Below, one piece after another: positions 19,755 to 31,300 of a stretch of DNA of 64,000 bases. Location: the IMG/VR virus record IMGVR_UViG_3300044634_004833, positions 90,942 to 154,941 of that record. One strand, given 5' to 3'. Positions within the stretch are counted from its first letter, which is position 1. Each line of letters opens with the position of its first letter. Made by a program: the position numbers and the translations under genes. Under the pieces are notes generated by a model. The model did not search any database. It was given only the letters and a program-made list of their open reading frames with translations, and had not been told where the DNA came from. Source of the stretch: a virus.

Positions 19755-20675
19755 ATGCATTGTTTGCGTTTTCAACAAGGACATGGTGGTCGTTTCAGTG
19801 ATCAGAGCTTGAGCAAGAAAAGCCCATCCTATATTGTTGATAAAGACTATGCGATTTGGCAGGATGACTGCCGTAAACTTTTGAAAGAATTGCCTCGTAC
19901 TAAATCAATCAACATGGTGTGGAGTTCTCCTCCATATAATGTTGGCAAGTGCTATGAGAACAATAAATCAATTAATGAATATCTAGACTTTCATAAAGAA
20001 GTGATTGATGAAATCATTCCTCGTATGGATGATGATGGAATTGTTTGCTGGCAAGTTGGTTTCTATGTGAATAATAAAACTGGCGAAATTGTGCCGCTTG
20101 AATATTTCTTCTATGACATGTTCAAGAAACATGGTTTGATTATGAAGAATCGAATCATTTGGCATTATCGACATGGTTTGACTTACGATAGTCGATTCGC
20201 TGGCAGACATGAAACAATTATGGTCATGACTAAAGGTAATCATAATTTTAATGTTGATCCTGTGCGTATGCCACAGATTTATAAGAATAAGAAGAAGAAT
20301 GGAAAGTTGACCTGCAATCCTCTTGGTAAAAACCCTGGAGATGTTTGGGATAACATTCCTAATGTTAAGGCTAGTCACCCAGAGAAGATTGATCTGTATA
20401 ATGGTCATACCAAGACCAAAGAGAAACATCCTTGCCAAACTCCAGTTGGTCTGGTTGAAAGGTGCTTGTTGAGCATGACTAAACCAAAAGACCTTATCTT
20501 GGACCCATTTGCAGGTACTGGAAGTATTGGTGTTGCTGCTGCAATTCATGGACGGCGATTCTGGGGCTGTGAAATTTCAGCCAAATACGCTATCGCTGCC
20601 CAAGGTCGAATCAACCAAGCGTTGAGAGGGGAAGCTATGTGGCGACCCCATAACAAACCTATAAAATCTGTTTAA
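19755..20675 (+). CDS. second beta-class N4-C/N6-A DNA methyltransferase, paralog of 18602..19630
   Basis: SSPPYN, WHYRHGL..RFAGRHE, HPCQTP, DPFAGTGS; SD AAGGAGGT before ATG 19755. Confidence 0.92.
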   Translation: MHCLRFQQGHGGRFSDQSLSKKSPSYIVDKDYAIWQDDCRKLLKELPRTKSINMVWSSPPYNVGKCYENNKSINEYLDFHKEVIDEIIPRMDDDGIVCWQVGFYVNNKTGEIVPLEYFFYDMFKKHGLIMKNRIIWHYRHGLTYDSRFAGRHETIMVMTKGNHNFNVDPVRMPQIYKNKKKNGKLTCNPLGKNPGDVWDNIPNVKASHPEKIDLYNGHTKTKEKHPCQTPVGLVERCLLSMTKPKDLILDPFAGTGSIGVAAAIHGRRFWGCEISAKYAIAAQGRINQALRGEAMWRPHNKPIKSV

Positions 20676-20721
20676 AAGTTAGTTTTGGTTTTTTCATTCA
20701 TTTAAGAAAGGATGGTGCGTT

Positions 20722-22482
20722 ATGTCTACTACTCACGAGTTGGATGATCCTATTATTTTGAGAGACACTTTTAATATTGTTGATGCTGCTACAAGGATGC
20801 GGGCTATTAAGGATGCTTTGAATGATTCTTCTAAACGAGCACAAGCTATGCCCGTTGGAAACGAAGATATTATCATAGATGGCAATCAGTATAGTTGGGA
20901 GCCAACTATGCTTGATTTTGATAATTTATTATTTGATGTTGCAAACTTCCGTACTCCGATTGCTTGCCAAGAATTTGGTATAGATGATCCTTATAGTAAA
21001 TGGGATAGCGATCAAATTGAAGACCAATTGATTGCGATGAAAGCATTATACGAATGTGAATACAAGGAAGAAGGTCAACGAGTTCTTTTTGACAATTTGA
21101 AATCTCACAAAAAACTTATTCGCCCATTAGTCGTGGACGGAATGGGCGTTGTTCGTGAAGGCAACAAAAGACTTTTTGCAATTTTGGAGCTTCATAAAAG
21201 AGGTGTTTGGCATCGCAAACAAATCGAAGTTGTAGTCCTGCATGAAAAAATACATGTAGTAGGCGGTGGCACAGAGTTGCAACCTGTTACTGACAAAACT
21301 CTAATTCAGAAAGTAAAAGAGCATTATAGCAAGCATGATGATGGCAAGAGAGATCATCATGACTTCGAAAAAGCAGAACAAACCTATCTCCGCTACAACA
21401 AGGTTAATCCTTTTGATTCCACTCCTCTTCCTGCGGAGTTGGCAAACAAATCTAAAGAAAATAGGAAAATTATTAAAGAAGAATTTTTGCTAGGCGAAGC
21501 CATCTCTAAATTTAGGGATAAAACTGCCAGTTTGAGAGATGCTGGTGGCAAATTGATTTTGCCTGTGCGAACTAGTGGTCACATGCAAATAGTTCAATTA
21601 ATGAAAGATATTGTTGACGTTATTAAAGCAATTAAACGACAATATGCAAACAATCCTCTTCTAAACCAGTTTATTGATTATGCATATCAAGAAACAATCA
21701 GCTATATTATCATGTTTCATGACGTAAATCATCCAGATCATGATCGAACTAGGCAAGATTGTTACAGAGCTACTCATGGAGAAGTATGCCACAAATACTT
21801 CCTGCACTGTTTTGATAATGTTTGGGTTGAATCGATACCAAATTTTTTAATGCTGAAGTCGCAAGCAGTTGCCCCATCGCAACCTGCAACGCCCACACAG
21901 AATATTCAAGCACCCCCACAGAATATTCAAGCACCCCCACAGAATATTCAGCCAGTTTCTTCGCCTCCTTCTGGGCCTTCAGGGGCACAAGGCAGATTGC
22001 AAAGGGGTGGCGGTACTACGCCTCCTCCAGTTGCAACCATGTCTGATTATGATTCTATGAAGTTTGATAGAGATTATGTAAAGCAGGTTAAGGCAGATAA
22101 GGATAGGAATGGCGATGACATTTGTGAAAAAATCCATGATAGTGTTGGCAAAGTAACAGAAAACATAGAGTCTTTGTTGATAACTAAGATTTCAGGAAAG
22201 ACTCAACTTGTATTATCTCCTGAAAACACTGGCAAGATAGTCAAATTGTTGATGAACAATATTTGTGATAGCGCAGGTGTCATATTTGAGATTGAAAAGC
22301 TAGCACCTCCGATGGTGCAAAACAAATTTGTGGTAGATATTTTTTCTAAAGTTGTCGAACATGGATTGCGTTTGATTTATAGAGTAATGCAATCTAATGG
22401 ACAAGCAACTAATGATGTTGAAAAAATAATTGAGCGACAGACATTGGATGCAGTTCGAAATCATTTGTTTGGCAAGAAGTAA
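20722..22482 (+). CDS. ParB/Srx-like N-terminal domain protein
   Basis: NFR...RPLVVD..VVREGNKRLFA matches the ParB GxxR box; Pro/Gln-rich linker. Confidence 0.65.
   Translation: MSTTHELDDPIILRDTFNIVDAATRMRAIKDALNDSSKRAQAMPVGNEDIIIDGNQYSWEPTMLDFDNLLFDVANFRTPIACQEFGIDDPYSKWDSDQIEDQLIAMKALYECEYKEEGQRVLFDNLKSHKKLIRPLVVDGMGVVREGNKRLFAILELHKRGVWHRKQIEVVVLHEKIHVVGGGTELQPVTDKTLIQKVKEHYSKHDDGKRDHHDFEKAEQTYLRYNKVNPFDSTPLPAELANKSKENRKIIKEEFLLGEAISKFRDKTASLRDAGGKLILPVRTSGHMQIVQLMKDIVDVIKAIKRQYANNPLLNQFIDYAYQETISYIIMFHDVNHPDHDRTRQDCYRATHGEVCHKYFLHCFDNVWVESIPNFLMLKSQAVAPSQPATPTQNIQAPPQNIQAPPQNIQPVSSPPSGPSGAQGRLQRGGGTTPPPVATMSDYDSMKFDRDYVKQVKADKDRNGDDICEKIHDSVGKVTENIESLLITKISGKTQLVLSPENTGKIVKLLMNNICDSAGVIFEIEKLAPPMVQNKFVVDIFSKVVEHGLRLIYRVMQSNGQATNDVEKIIERQTLDAVRNHLFGKK
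21892..21952 (+). repeat. 3 x 21 bp in-frame repeat (P[PT]QNIQA)
   Basis: Core CACAGAATATTCA x3 at 21-bp period. Confidence 0.9.
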
Positions 22483-22495
22483 TAGGAGTAAAATC

Positions 22496-24436
22496 ATGGA
22501 TAAGGTTAAGATACAACTTTCTGTAAATAAGTCTTTTGTAGAAGTTTATTGTATTGGGAATGGAGAGTCCTACAAAGAGATAATGAAATTTGTAGGAATT
22601 CAAACTCAGGCAATGCCATATATTGGCAAGTCTGTAATCTCCACCAAATTATCAGAAGATCAATATAGAATAGTCTTTGAAAGAGAAGCATTCGTAAAGT
22701 TATGGATAAGTTTTAAAAATTGGTATGCCATTCATTCAGGATTGCATTTTCGTAATTATGGCGCTCATTTTGCAGACATGGAGATGACTGAAGAAGACGA
22801 AGATATAATTGATAGCATAGTTGCAGGAAATAATTATTCTGATGTTAAATTAGAAAACTATACTTCAAGGAAAGATGCCGAAAACGAGATAATAAAACAG
22901 GATTTGATTAAGTTTGGAGTTTCACTATCTGATGAAACAAATCTTGAGGAAGATCAGTATGCTAGTGTTAAACAACACTTAAATGGCAGTATTTTTAATT
23001 GCAGTTTGGCTGGCTGTGGAAAAACTATAGTTTCATTATCATCGTATGTCCTTGAGACAAACTGGCAAGTTCCTTTGGTCGTATTCGGCTCAAAAAGCGC
23101 AATAGATTCATGGCAAGTTCAAGAATTGCCTAAGTGGGTTCCAGAAATAGCGAAAAATCATACAGTTAGAATTACATCTAAGAACATGCACATGTTTGAT
23201 ATGCTTGTGCGTAATAAAAAAGTAGTTTTAATAAACTATGATATTATTCATAGGATTTTTAATAAGCTATCACATTATTTTAAAGATGTTCATCCATATT
23301 GTATTTTGGATGAAGCACACCGTTTGAAAAATATAGCATCTAGGAAGACTGGCGCTATGTTGCGCTTGGTCGGATCGGCTTACAAAGTTAGAATTGTTAC
23401 TGCAACTCCGAATCCCAATGATATTGCTGGCGGGCCTCAAAAAGATTTAATTACTTTGTTGATGCTTGCACATCCTAATGCTCATATTTCGCAATTTCAA
23501 GATGAAGAGTATTCTAAGAATGAATTCAGTAGGTTGACAACATACTCAAACAACTTACCAGATGAAGTTGTTATGCCTACTTATTTTGCAGAAATGAGTG
23601 CTTTGCATAAAGATTTCTATCTTAGGCATATTGCCAGCAAGAATAACATTAGACGTATTCAGGGCTATCTTAGAAGCCAAGACCTCATTCGTGCAAGCCG
23701 AGCGCTTGCACATATAATGATGTACATAGCCTTTCCTTCTAGTCCAACGATATTGGCTAGACTAGAAAGAGATGATGATATTGATTCTGCAGAGATAGAA
23801 AGTCTTAGAAATTCCGGTCATGGAAGCAAGATTAATGCAACAGTAAACATTGCCAAAGATATTCTTGATGAAGGCAAAAAAGTAATTATATGGACTTCAT
23901 GGAATGATACTGCAAATTATTTGCAAAGTTTCTTTAGAGCAGAGAATGCAGTAATTTATAATGGTTCTGTAAGGGACAAAACTGTCCCATTGAAGGAGTT
24001 TCATGAGAATCCCAACTGTAGATTGTTTGTTGGGAATATAGGTTGTGGAGAAGCTATTAGTTTGCACAGGGTTGCACAACACGCCATATTTAATGACTAT
24101 AATTATAATTACTGCCATTACGTTCAAAGTCGTAATAGGCATCGTCGTAGGAATATGCCAGTAGGAACAGTTCCTACTACATATTTTATTCAAGCCACCT
24201 ACAATGGCAATCCAGAGTGGACAGTTGACCACAACATATCTGAAAGGATTGGCTTGAAGCATCGGAATAGCACAGATTTATTTAGCAGAATGGCACCTGT
24301 TGACTATTCAAAACCAAAGGACGATGCTCAAAAACTTGCAGGAACAGACAACAAAAATGATATTAGGACTAATATTGAAGGAGCTTTGCGTACCATGATG
24401 GATTTACATGAAGGCATGGACAACAATGACTCTTGA
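22496..24436 (+). CDS. SNF2-family helicase/ATPase
   Basis: AGCGKT, ILDEAHRLKN, TATP, KVIIW, GEAISL, QSRNRHRR; SD AGGAG before ATG 22496. Confidence 0.88.
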   Translation: MDKVKIQLSVNKSFVEVYCIGNGESYKEIMKFVGIQTQAMPYIGKSVISTKLSEDQYRIVFEREAFVKLWISFKNWYAIHSGLHFRNYGAHFADMEMTEEDEDIIDSIVAGNNYSDVKLENYTSRKDAENEIIKQDLIKFGVSLSDETNLEEDQYASVKQHLNGSIFNCSLAGCGKTIVSLSSYVLETNWQVPLVVFGSKSAIDSWQVQELPKWVPEIAKNHTVRITSKNMHMFDMLVRNKKVVLINYDIIHRIFNKLSHYFKDVHPYCILDEAHRLKNIASRKTGAMLRLVGSAYKVRIVTATPNPNDIAGGPQKDLITLLMLAHPNAHISQFQDEEYSKNEFSRLTTYSNNLPDEVVMPTYFAEMSALHKDFYLRHIASKNNIRRIQGYLRSQDLIRASRALAHIMMYIAFPSSPTILARLERDDDIDSAEIESLRNSGHGSKINATVNIAKDILDEGKKVIIWTSWNDTANYLQSFFRAENAVIYNGSVRDKTVPLKEFHENPNCRLFVGNIGCGEAISLHRVAQHAIFNDYNYNYCHYVQSRNRHRRRNMPVGTVPTTYFIQATYNGNPEWTVDHNISERIGLKHRNSTDLFSRMAPVDYSKPKDDAQKLAGTDNKNDIRTNIEGALRTMMDLHEGMDNNDS

Positions 24437-25370
24437 TCTAAATACAAGCACATTTAACAAGCTGTGCGATATTTGGAACATATTGTCTAAAAACAAAGGA
24501 ATAGATGTAGACTATCTTTCACATCTCTGCAAATCTATTAGATATAACGCAGGTTATGTTTTAGATTTTGGAATCAAAAATGAATTATTTTTTATAGATG
24601 AAAATAATTTAGTTTCTTTGACAAAGGAACAAACTATTTTTCAATTTAGATTGCAATTTATTATAAATTATATTAAAAATAATATTGACATTTTGCCATA
24701 CAAGAAGTCATTGCTTCGAGGAAGAATCGCTTTCATAAATGAAATAGGAATTTACAACAATGTTTATCAGATTATGAACGATGCAGGATTAATCAAAGAA
24801 AGCTCTCATGATGCTGCTGTGTTTTGGAAATTTATAGATGCTATTGCTAGAAATAAATTGAATTTACTTAAAGGGGACTATGGATTAATTGGCGAAGAGC
24901 TGTCTATTGAATTAGAGAACTCTTATTTAGATGCTGTAAGCTTGACAGTCAATGGACCCAAAAGAAAATGCAAATGGATATCTATAGACCGTCCTCATGC
25001 AGGATACGATATAAGAAGTTATTACATAGATTCTAAAAACCGTTATGTCAAAAAACGTATTGAAGTAAAAACTTCAAGGGATATAATAAAAGGAAGGATG
25101 TTTATAACTTGGAATGAATGGCGCAAAATGCGTTATGAAACAAGTTGTGGCAAGCTTCCAATCAAATATGTTATTCACCTTTGGGATATACATGATTTGA
25201 AGCATCCAAGACGAGCTATTTTGTGTTATGATGACATAGCTCCTTGTGTGCCAAGATTAAGAAATGGGGGCAGGATTGAGTCATTTAACATCGATGTTCG
25301 TAGGTTCTACGATAACCACAGATTCCACTATATTTCCAATCAAATTACCACAACTTTATCACAGCCATAG
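24426..25370 (+). CDS. DUF3883 (NO VEIN C-terminal) PD-(D/E)xK nuclease protein
   Basis: GLIGEE..E, AGYDIRS, IEVKTS, FITWNEW. Confidence 0.85.
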   Translation: MTLDLNTSTFNKLCDIWNILSKNKGIDVDYLSHLCKSIRYNAGYVLDFGIKNELFFIDENNLVSLTKEQTIFQFRLQFIINYIKNNIDILPYKKSLLRGRIAFINEIGIYNNVYQIMNDAGLIKESSHDAAVFWKFIDAIARNKLNLLKGDYGLIGEELSIELENSYLDAVSLTVNGPKRKCKWISIDRPHAGYDIRSYYIDSKNRYVKKRIEVKTSRDIIKGRMFITWNEWRKMRYETSCGKLPIKYVIHLWDIHDLKHPRRAILCYDDIAPCVPRLRNGGRIESFNIDVRRFYDNHRFHYISNQITTTLSQP

Positions 25371-25776
25371 GTTTGCAGAGAACACAAACCAAGCATTTGT
25401 AAATAATGATTTTGCAAATTTATTTTTATTTTTGCCTAAGCCAGATATAGCAATTAAAACAAAAGACTTCAGAAAAACAGTTTCCGAATTATTTGTTAAA
25501 AATCAATATAAACAAGTTGATAGATCTTGTTTTTTCATAAAAAATAATATTGGCATAATATTTCAAACTGGCAACAAAATGAATGCTGCAACTGATTTGC
25601 TATACCTTCAAAACGAATATGTTCTACAAAATATTTATGGAGCAATTTATTGCACCCCTTCGAAAAAATGGAGAGATATTTGGTCGGAAGGAGTTATAGA
25701 AGCTGATAATGTAATTGGCTTGTTAAATGATTGCAAAGCAGTAATAACTTTGCCCGTCACACTATTCGAATTTTAA
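25294..25776 (+). CDS. BglII/BstYI-like restriction endonuclease fold, catalytic motif degenerate; start uncertain
   Basis: HSHRFAE and FIKNNIGIIFQTGN...DLLYLQ...IYGAI resemble DF.K..vgvEvQFG...Dl.k. Confidence 0.5.
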   Translation: MFVGSTITTDSTIFPIKLPQLYHSHRFAENTNQAFVNNDFANLFLFLPKPDIAIKTKDFRKTVSELFVKNQYKQVDRSCFFIKNNIGIIFQTGNKMNAATDLLYLQNEYVLQNIYGAIYCTPSKKWRDIWSEGVIEADNVIGLLNDCKAVITLPVTLFEF

Positions 25777-28293
25777 ATCGTTTTTAACTCTTTTCACAGT
25801 TGCTCCAGCCCAATTTATGTCTGGCGCTAACTCTTGGACTTTTGCTGGATCAATTTTTGCGACAGTATTTGAGCCTAGAGCATTGAATACTTTTTTCAAA
25901 TTAGTTGATATAGCAGTTTGATCTCCTGATTTTTCTGCTTCTGTTTCCATTTGTTTAAGAAATTTAGCAACAAGCTCGTTGATTACATTTTCATCCTTTG
26001 TTGCCCACCACTCAGGACTTATAGCAAAAATTTCATTCCAATGCCTACCTGTAAGCTGCATTACCAAATCTTCATCAGTAATATTGTTCATGTTTTCCCA
26101 GCCAATGTATTTATCAAGATATTTTTCACTAATTGAATTATTAAGATAAAAACGATAGGTTTGCAACAAAGACCTGACTTCTGAAGAATTAAGAACTTTA
26201 TTTTTCACTAAAGCATCAGTCAATTCTTTTCTTTTTTCTGCTTCTGAATAAATAAAGAACCTCGTAAAATTAATATCAGGATAATATTTGGCGAAATTGG
26301 TCATAAACCAAATTTGGAATTCGTATCTGTTTTTTATGCTCAATAAGTTGCTGACTTCCCACTCATCAAATTTCTTAAATTTTTCAGCACCTATAATTTT
26401 TGTTAATTCATTTAAGTTTTTATTTGGAGCATGAATTAGCATGAATGCAATATCACTATTTGATAATTTTTCTATATTATCAGTAATTTGATTTGTATCA
26501 GAATTTAAGTTGTCTGAATTTATGATTGCTTGAATAAATTTCAAATAAACGTCAGGATCATTTCCATTTTCCTGTAATAAATTTAAAGCTTCAAGTATTT
26601 TTATTAATACAGGACCTCTTTGTTCTGTTAATACTTTTAGTTTTTTAGGATCTTTTATCCATGTATCTAATTCTTCCTGAAAAGCATGTATATTTTGTAT
26701 AATTCCAAGTTTTTTAAATGTTTCTGGGTCTAATTTTTCGTATAACTTATTAATAAGAACCCCTCCATGTATTACCATATTAATTATTTTATCATTTAAA
26801 TAAGTGCTTCCTAAATTTTTAAAAACATCAGGATCATTTTTTAGTTTATCAAACAATTCATCGCCTATGATTTCAAATCGTTCATTCATATCTTCTGGTG
26901 TTCTAGATCGCTTAATAAATTGAATTGCATCAGATAGATTTACTTTTCTTTTTATATTTTTAATCATATTCCATATTTCTTCTTTTTTATTATATTCTCC
27001 CATTGATATTATGAAGCTTTCTATAAAATTATCATAATTCCATCCTATATCAGAATATGATAAATGGGTCAAATAATCTTTCAAATGTTTTTCATTTTTT
27101 GAAAGGAATAAAGCTTTCGACTTTGAATTAATTTTTTTGCCAATAATAAAAATGGCTTTCTCAGCATCAGATAGTTCGTCAAATTTATTGTCAGCAAGAT
27201 TGTCTGTTAATTTTAGGAAATAGTACATTCTTTTGCAAATTCCATCAATTAAATCTTTTTCTTGTTCACAATCTTTTTTTACAGCATTTAAATTTTGTTG
27301 TTCAATTTGATCTTTTACAGATGTTTCAAATTTACTCAACGGCTCTGCTTTGAATTCAGAAACATTAACACCCATAGATTTAAGATAATCCAAATATTCT
27401 GGTAAATTTTGGTAGCCGTTTACTGAAAAAGAAATATTATCTTTTGTTGCGCCTCTAGCATTTCTTCTGTCTACCCATTCAGAATATTCACCGGCAGTAG
27501 CAACTCCCGGGTTCACATATCTTGCTGGGTCGTTTGAGCTTTTGTTAAAATCAAATATAAAGTATTGAGTTTGTCCGTATTCATGTCTATAGTTAAAGTA
27601 ATATTTTACACTTTCTGAACTACTAATGCACCATCTTTGGCCTTTGCCCATAATCCTACATTTAAATGGATCATCTCCTTTAAAAACCCATATGTTTTTG
27701 CCTTTTGAAACTAAATCAGCATTATTTTGTAGTTCTAAAAAAGCTGGATTTTGCAGTCCTTTTTCTGTTTTAAAATCTCCGTCATTATTTGGTTGGTGTT
27801 GTATACCATGTAATATTGAAATAAATTGATTCATATCATTGTAATTTGATATAATCTGATCCTCAAATCGTATTTCAGGCTTGTTTTTGAAAAGTAACTC
27901 AATTTGATTGTTAGATATAAAACTTCTTAACAGAACCATCATTTCATCAATTGCTTGTTGAAATAATACGCTATTGTTTTCTTTTTCTGCGAAGTAAACA
28001 GCCGTTTTATATTCTGGTATGGTTATTTGTTTGTTTTTCAAATTATCATAAAGAACTTTTAAAACAGGTAACTTTGGCTCTTCTATTTCAATTTCTTTTT
28101 TCTTAATGAACTTGCTTTGAAGAATTGAAAAGGCTGATTTTTTATCGTGTGGAGTTGGGGCGGCTTCAAGCTCTGCAATAGCTTTCTCGACTTCTTCTTT
28201 GTTTGCTGGCCACTTAGCTTGCAAAAGTATATTTTTTACATTTGGATCAAGAGTTTCCCATAGCTTGATCCATTTTTTGAAGGTTATATTCAT
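25762..28293 (-). CDS. large protein with capsid-targeting-like N-terminus and 'WCISSS' domain
   Basis: MNITFKKWIKLWE; paralog of 1..2367. Confidence 0.85.
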   Translation of the reverse strand: MNITFKKWIKLWETLDPNVKNILLQAKWPANKEEVEKAIAELEAAPTPHDKKSAFSILQSKFIKKKEIEIEEPKLPVLKVLYDNLKNKQITIPEYKTAVYFAEKENNSVLFQQAIDEMMVLLRSFISNNQIELLFKNKPEIRFEDQIISNYNDMNQFISILHGIQHQPNNDGDFKTEKGLQNPAFLELQNNADLVSKGKNIWVFKGDDPFKCRIMGKGQRWCISSSESVKYYFNYRHEYGQTQYFIFDFNKSSNDPARYVNPGVATAGEYSEWVDRRNARGATKDNISFSVNGYQNLPEYLDYLKSMGVNVSEFKAEPLSKFETSVKDQIEQQNLNAVKKDCEQEKDLIDGICKRMYYFLKLTDNLADNKFDELSDAEKAIFIIGKKINSKSKALFLSKNEKHLKDYLTHLSYSDIGWNYDNFIESFIISMGEYNKKEEIWNMIKNIKRKVNLSDAIQFIKRSRTPEDMNERFEIIGDELFDKLKNDPDVFKNLGSTYLNDKIINMVIHGGVLINKLYEKLDPETFKKLGIIQNIHAFQEELDTWIKDPKKLKVLTEQRGPVLIKILEALNLLQENGNDPDVYLKFIQAIINSDNLNSDTNQITDNIEKLSNSDIAFMLIHAPNKNLNELTKIIGAEKFKKFDEWEVSNLLSIKNRYEFQIWFMTNFAKYYPDINFTRFFIYSEAEKRKELTDALVKNKVLNSSEVRSLLQTYRFYLNNSISEKYLDKYIGWENMNNITDEDLVMQLTGRHWNEIFAISPEWWATKDENVINELVAKFLKQMETEAEKSGDQTAISTNLKKVFNALGSNTVAKIDPAKVQELAPDINWAGATVKRVKNDLKFE

Positions 28294-28364
28294 GAGATAA
28301 TCTATTTATTTAGCAACTATCTTAAAATTAATCTATTCTAAATAAATAATACAGGAGAAATACT

Positions 28365-31300
28365 ATGGACTACAAATTTGAATTGCCAAAACAAGCACCT
28401 AATGTTGATTTGGATCCTATTAAAATTAATGGTAAATCATTACAAATTACTGGATACATAGAAACTGTAGATCCATTTGGAAATGTAAAAATATCAGTGC
28501 CCAAAGACGGCCAAAGATTTAACGATACACCACAGAATTTGGCGGATGTAATGGGAGCAATAAATCCCACTCCAACACATTATATTCTTTATAATGGTAC
28601 TCAAGGTTTGACAGATTATCAGCTTCAATTAGGAACAGAACAATCTTATGCATATGATCCTGTAATTACATATACAACAGATGGGGATTATAAAGTAAAA
28701 GTTATAACATGTGCAGATGCAGAAGGAATTAATAAAATAATATATAATAGTTCATTAGTACCAGAAAAGTGTTTGTTTGATGCTCTGTCAGATGTAGTAG
28801 ATTTAGGATACAAATTAAGACTTATGAGTCCAGATTATGCTTCTGCAGGAGCAACAACCGAACTTATATGTGAATATTTTCTTTTTAGAGGATATTCTTT
28901 TTCTGTTAAAAGTACAGTTGACGTATGGATTACCACTAGTCAGTTTGCCAGTTCTTGGATTTATCCTGGCCCCAACCCAAATAAACCTACAAGATTTTTA
29001 AACAAACCAAGTGTTTTGCCACAAGGCGCAACAACTACTACTACCACAACAACTACTTCTACCACTACTACTACAACATCGGCTCCAATTTCAACCTCAA
29101 CTACAACGACAGCGGCTCCGGGTGCTGGTGGCAGACTGCCTCTTCCCGGCAATTCTTTGTCTTATAACGGTGTCACTCTTACAGGCTCTGGTTCAGGTAG
29201 TAATTATGCAGCACCATTTACCTATTGTTCAGTATCCATGCCTGCTAATTCTATGATTCTTGGAAATGCTGGAAGTGGTACTTATACGCTTACATTCTCT
29301 TTGCCTGTAAACAATATTCAAATTTTAGGATCAGGTCAAAATTTTGGAGAAACCTTTACATTTTCAGTCAATAATGGCACATTAACCACAAGTCTAATGC
29401 CAGGAATTGGTTGCAATGCCACTTTAACTGGAAATACTGTAGGTAATTCCAGCGTTGGTTCTTTTGGAGCAACGCTAGCATCAACATCAGATTACACATC
29501 TTTGTCTATAACATTCCCCGGCGGTGGCGGCGGCACATTGTTCTCAGTTATAGAAAGCTCTGTTGTTTCTGGAGCAACCACAACTACACCTGTTCCAACA
29601 ACCACAACAACTACTACACCTGCGCCTACTACAACTACACCTGTTCCAACAACCACTACCACTCCAGCACCTGCAGTTTCTACTGGATTGCCATTAATTG
29701 GAACCTCTTCTGTTATAAATGGTGTTACATTAACGGCATCTGGCGTTGGAACTTCTTATTCAAGCCCTTGGTCAAGCTGCTCTCCTCCTATCTCAATTAC
29801 TGCACCTTGCTTGTTCTTGGGAAGAGCCATTGGAACATATACTGTTTCATTTGATTCATTACAGAATGATATAGTAATTTTTGCAAACGCTAGTGACACA
29901 GGAGAAAGCTTTGACTTTGGAGTAGACTCAGGAACACTAAGCATTAGTGTTGTTCAAAGCTGCGGAGTAACAGTATCTGGAACAACAGTTTCTAGCGTTG
30001 GAGCAAATGTTGGATGGGTCATAAGGCTCACAAGCACAACTCCATACTCTCAAATAACAATATATTCTGGTGCTGTAACATCTGGAAGCCTTTTTGGAAT
30101 TTATGCAAGCTCAATAGTTCCAGGTGCAGTAGTAACAACTACAACGCCAATTCCAACAACTACTACAACCACAACTACTACAACCACTCCCGAACCAACA
30201 ACAACCACCACTACTACTACACCTGCTCCAACGACCACTACAACCACAACTACTACAACTACAACCACTACAACTACAACCACTACAACAACTACAACTA
30301 CGCCCGCACCAGACCAAGCATATTCATTGTTTGGATGGGGAGAAGGTAACCTAGGAAATAATCGTTCTGCTGGAGCCCAATCGCCAACTCAAACAGTTTC
30401 TGGCGGAACAAATTGGGGAACACCTCCAAAATGCTCTTATGCACAACACTATGCCATATTGAAGAAGGATGCAACACTCTGGGCATGGGGCACTAATAGT
30501 GCAGGAGAACTTGGTAATAACACAACAACAAATAGAAGTTCTCCTATTCAAATTGCTGCCCCCGCAGGAGTTACATGGAATGCTGTAAATATGGGATATC
30601 AAACCACATTTGTTATAGACACAACCGGCGCATTGTGGGGATGGGGCAAAAATAACTTTGGGCAGTTGGGCATTAGCACTACAATAAATGTAAGCTCTCC
30701 TGTTCAGATCAGCGCCGATACAACATGGAGTTCTATTGTAGCAGGCAATTTTGCTACTTATGCAATTAAGAAAAATGGAACTTTATGGGCATTTGGATAC
30801 AATGTACAAGGACAAATCGGAGATGGAACAATAGTAAACAAAAGCAGCCCAGTTCAAATTGGCTCTGACACCACATGGTCACAAATAACTGCTGGTCAAG
30901 GACACGCATTATCAATTAAATCAGATGGAACTTTGTGGGCATGGGGAGCAGGGTCTAACGGTTCCCTTGGAAATGGTACAATAACACATAGAAGTAGCCC
31001 CATTCAAATAGGAACTGATAATACATGGTCTTTAATACAATCAACTGGATTTGGCGGAGCAGCTTTGAAAACAGATGGAAGCCTATGGTGCTGGGGCGGA
31101 AATACAAATGGCGCTCTAGGAGATGGAACAACAGTTCACAGAAGTAGCCCAATTCAAATAGGATCTGATACAAATTGGACAGATATCGCTGGAGGACAGT
31201 ATTCTGTAGTTGCACTAAAATCAGACAAATCCTTATGGCATTGGGGCTATGGTGGAGCAATGGGCATAGGTGTAAACTCTGCCAGAAGCTCTCCAGTTCA

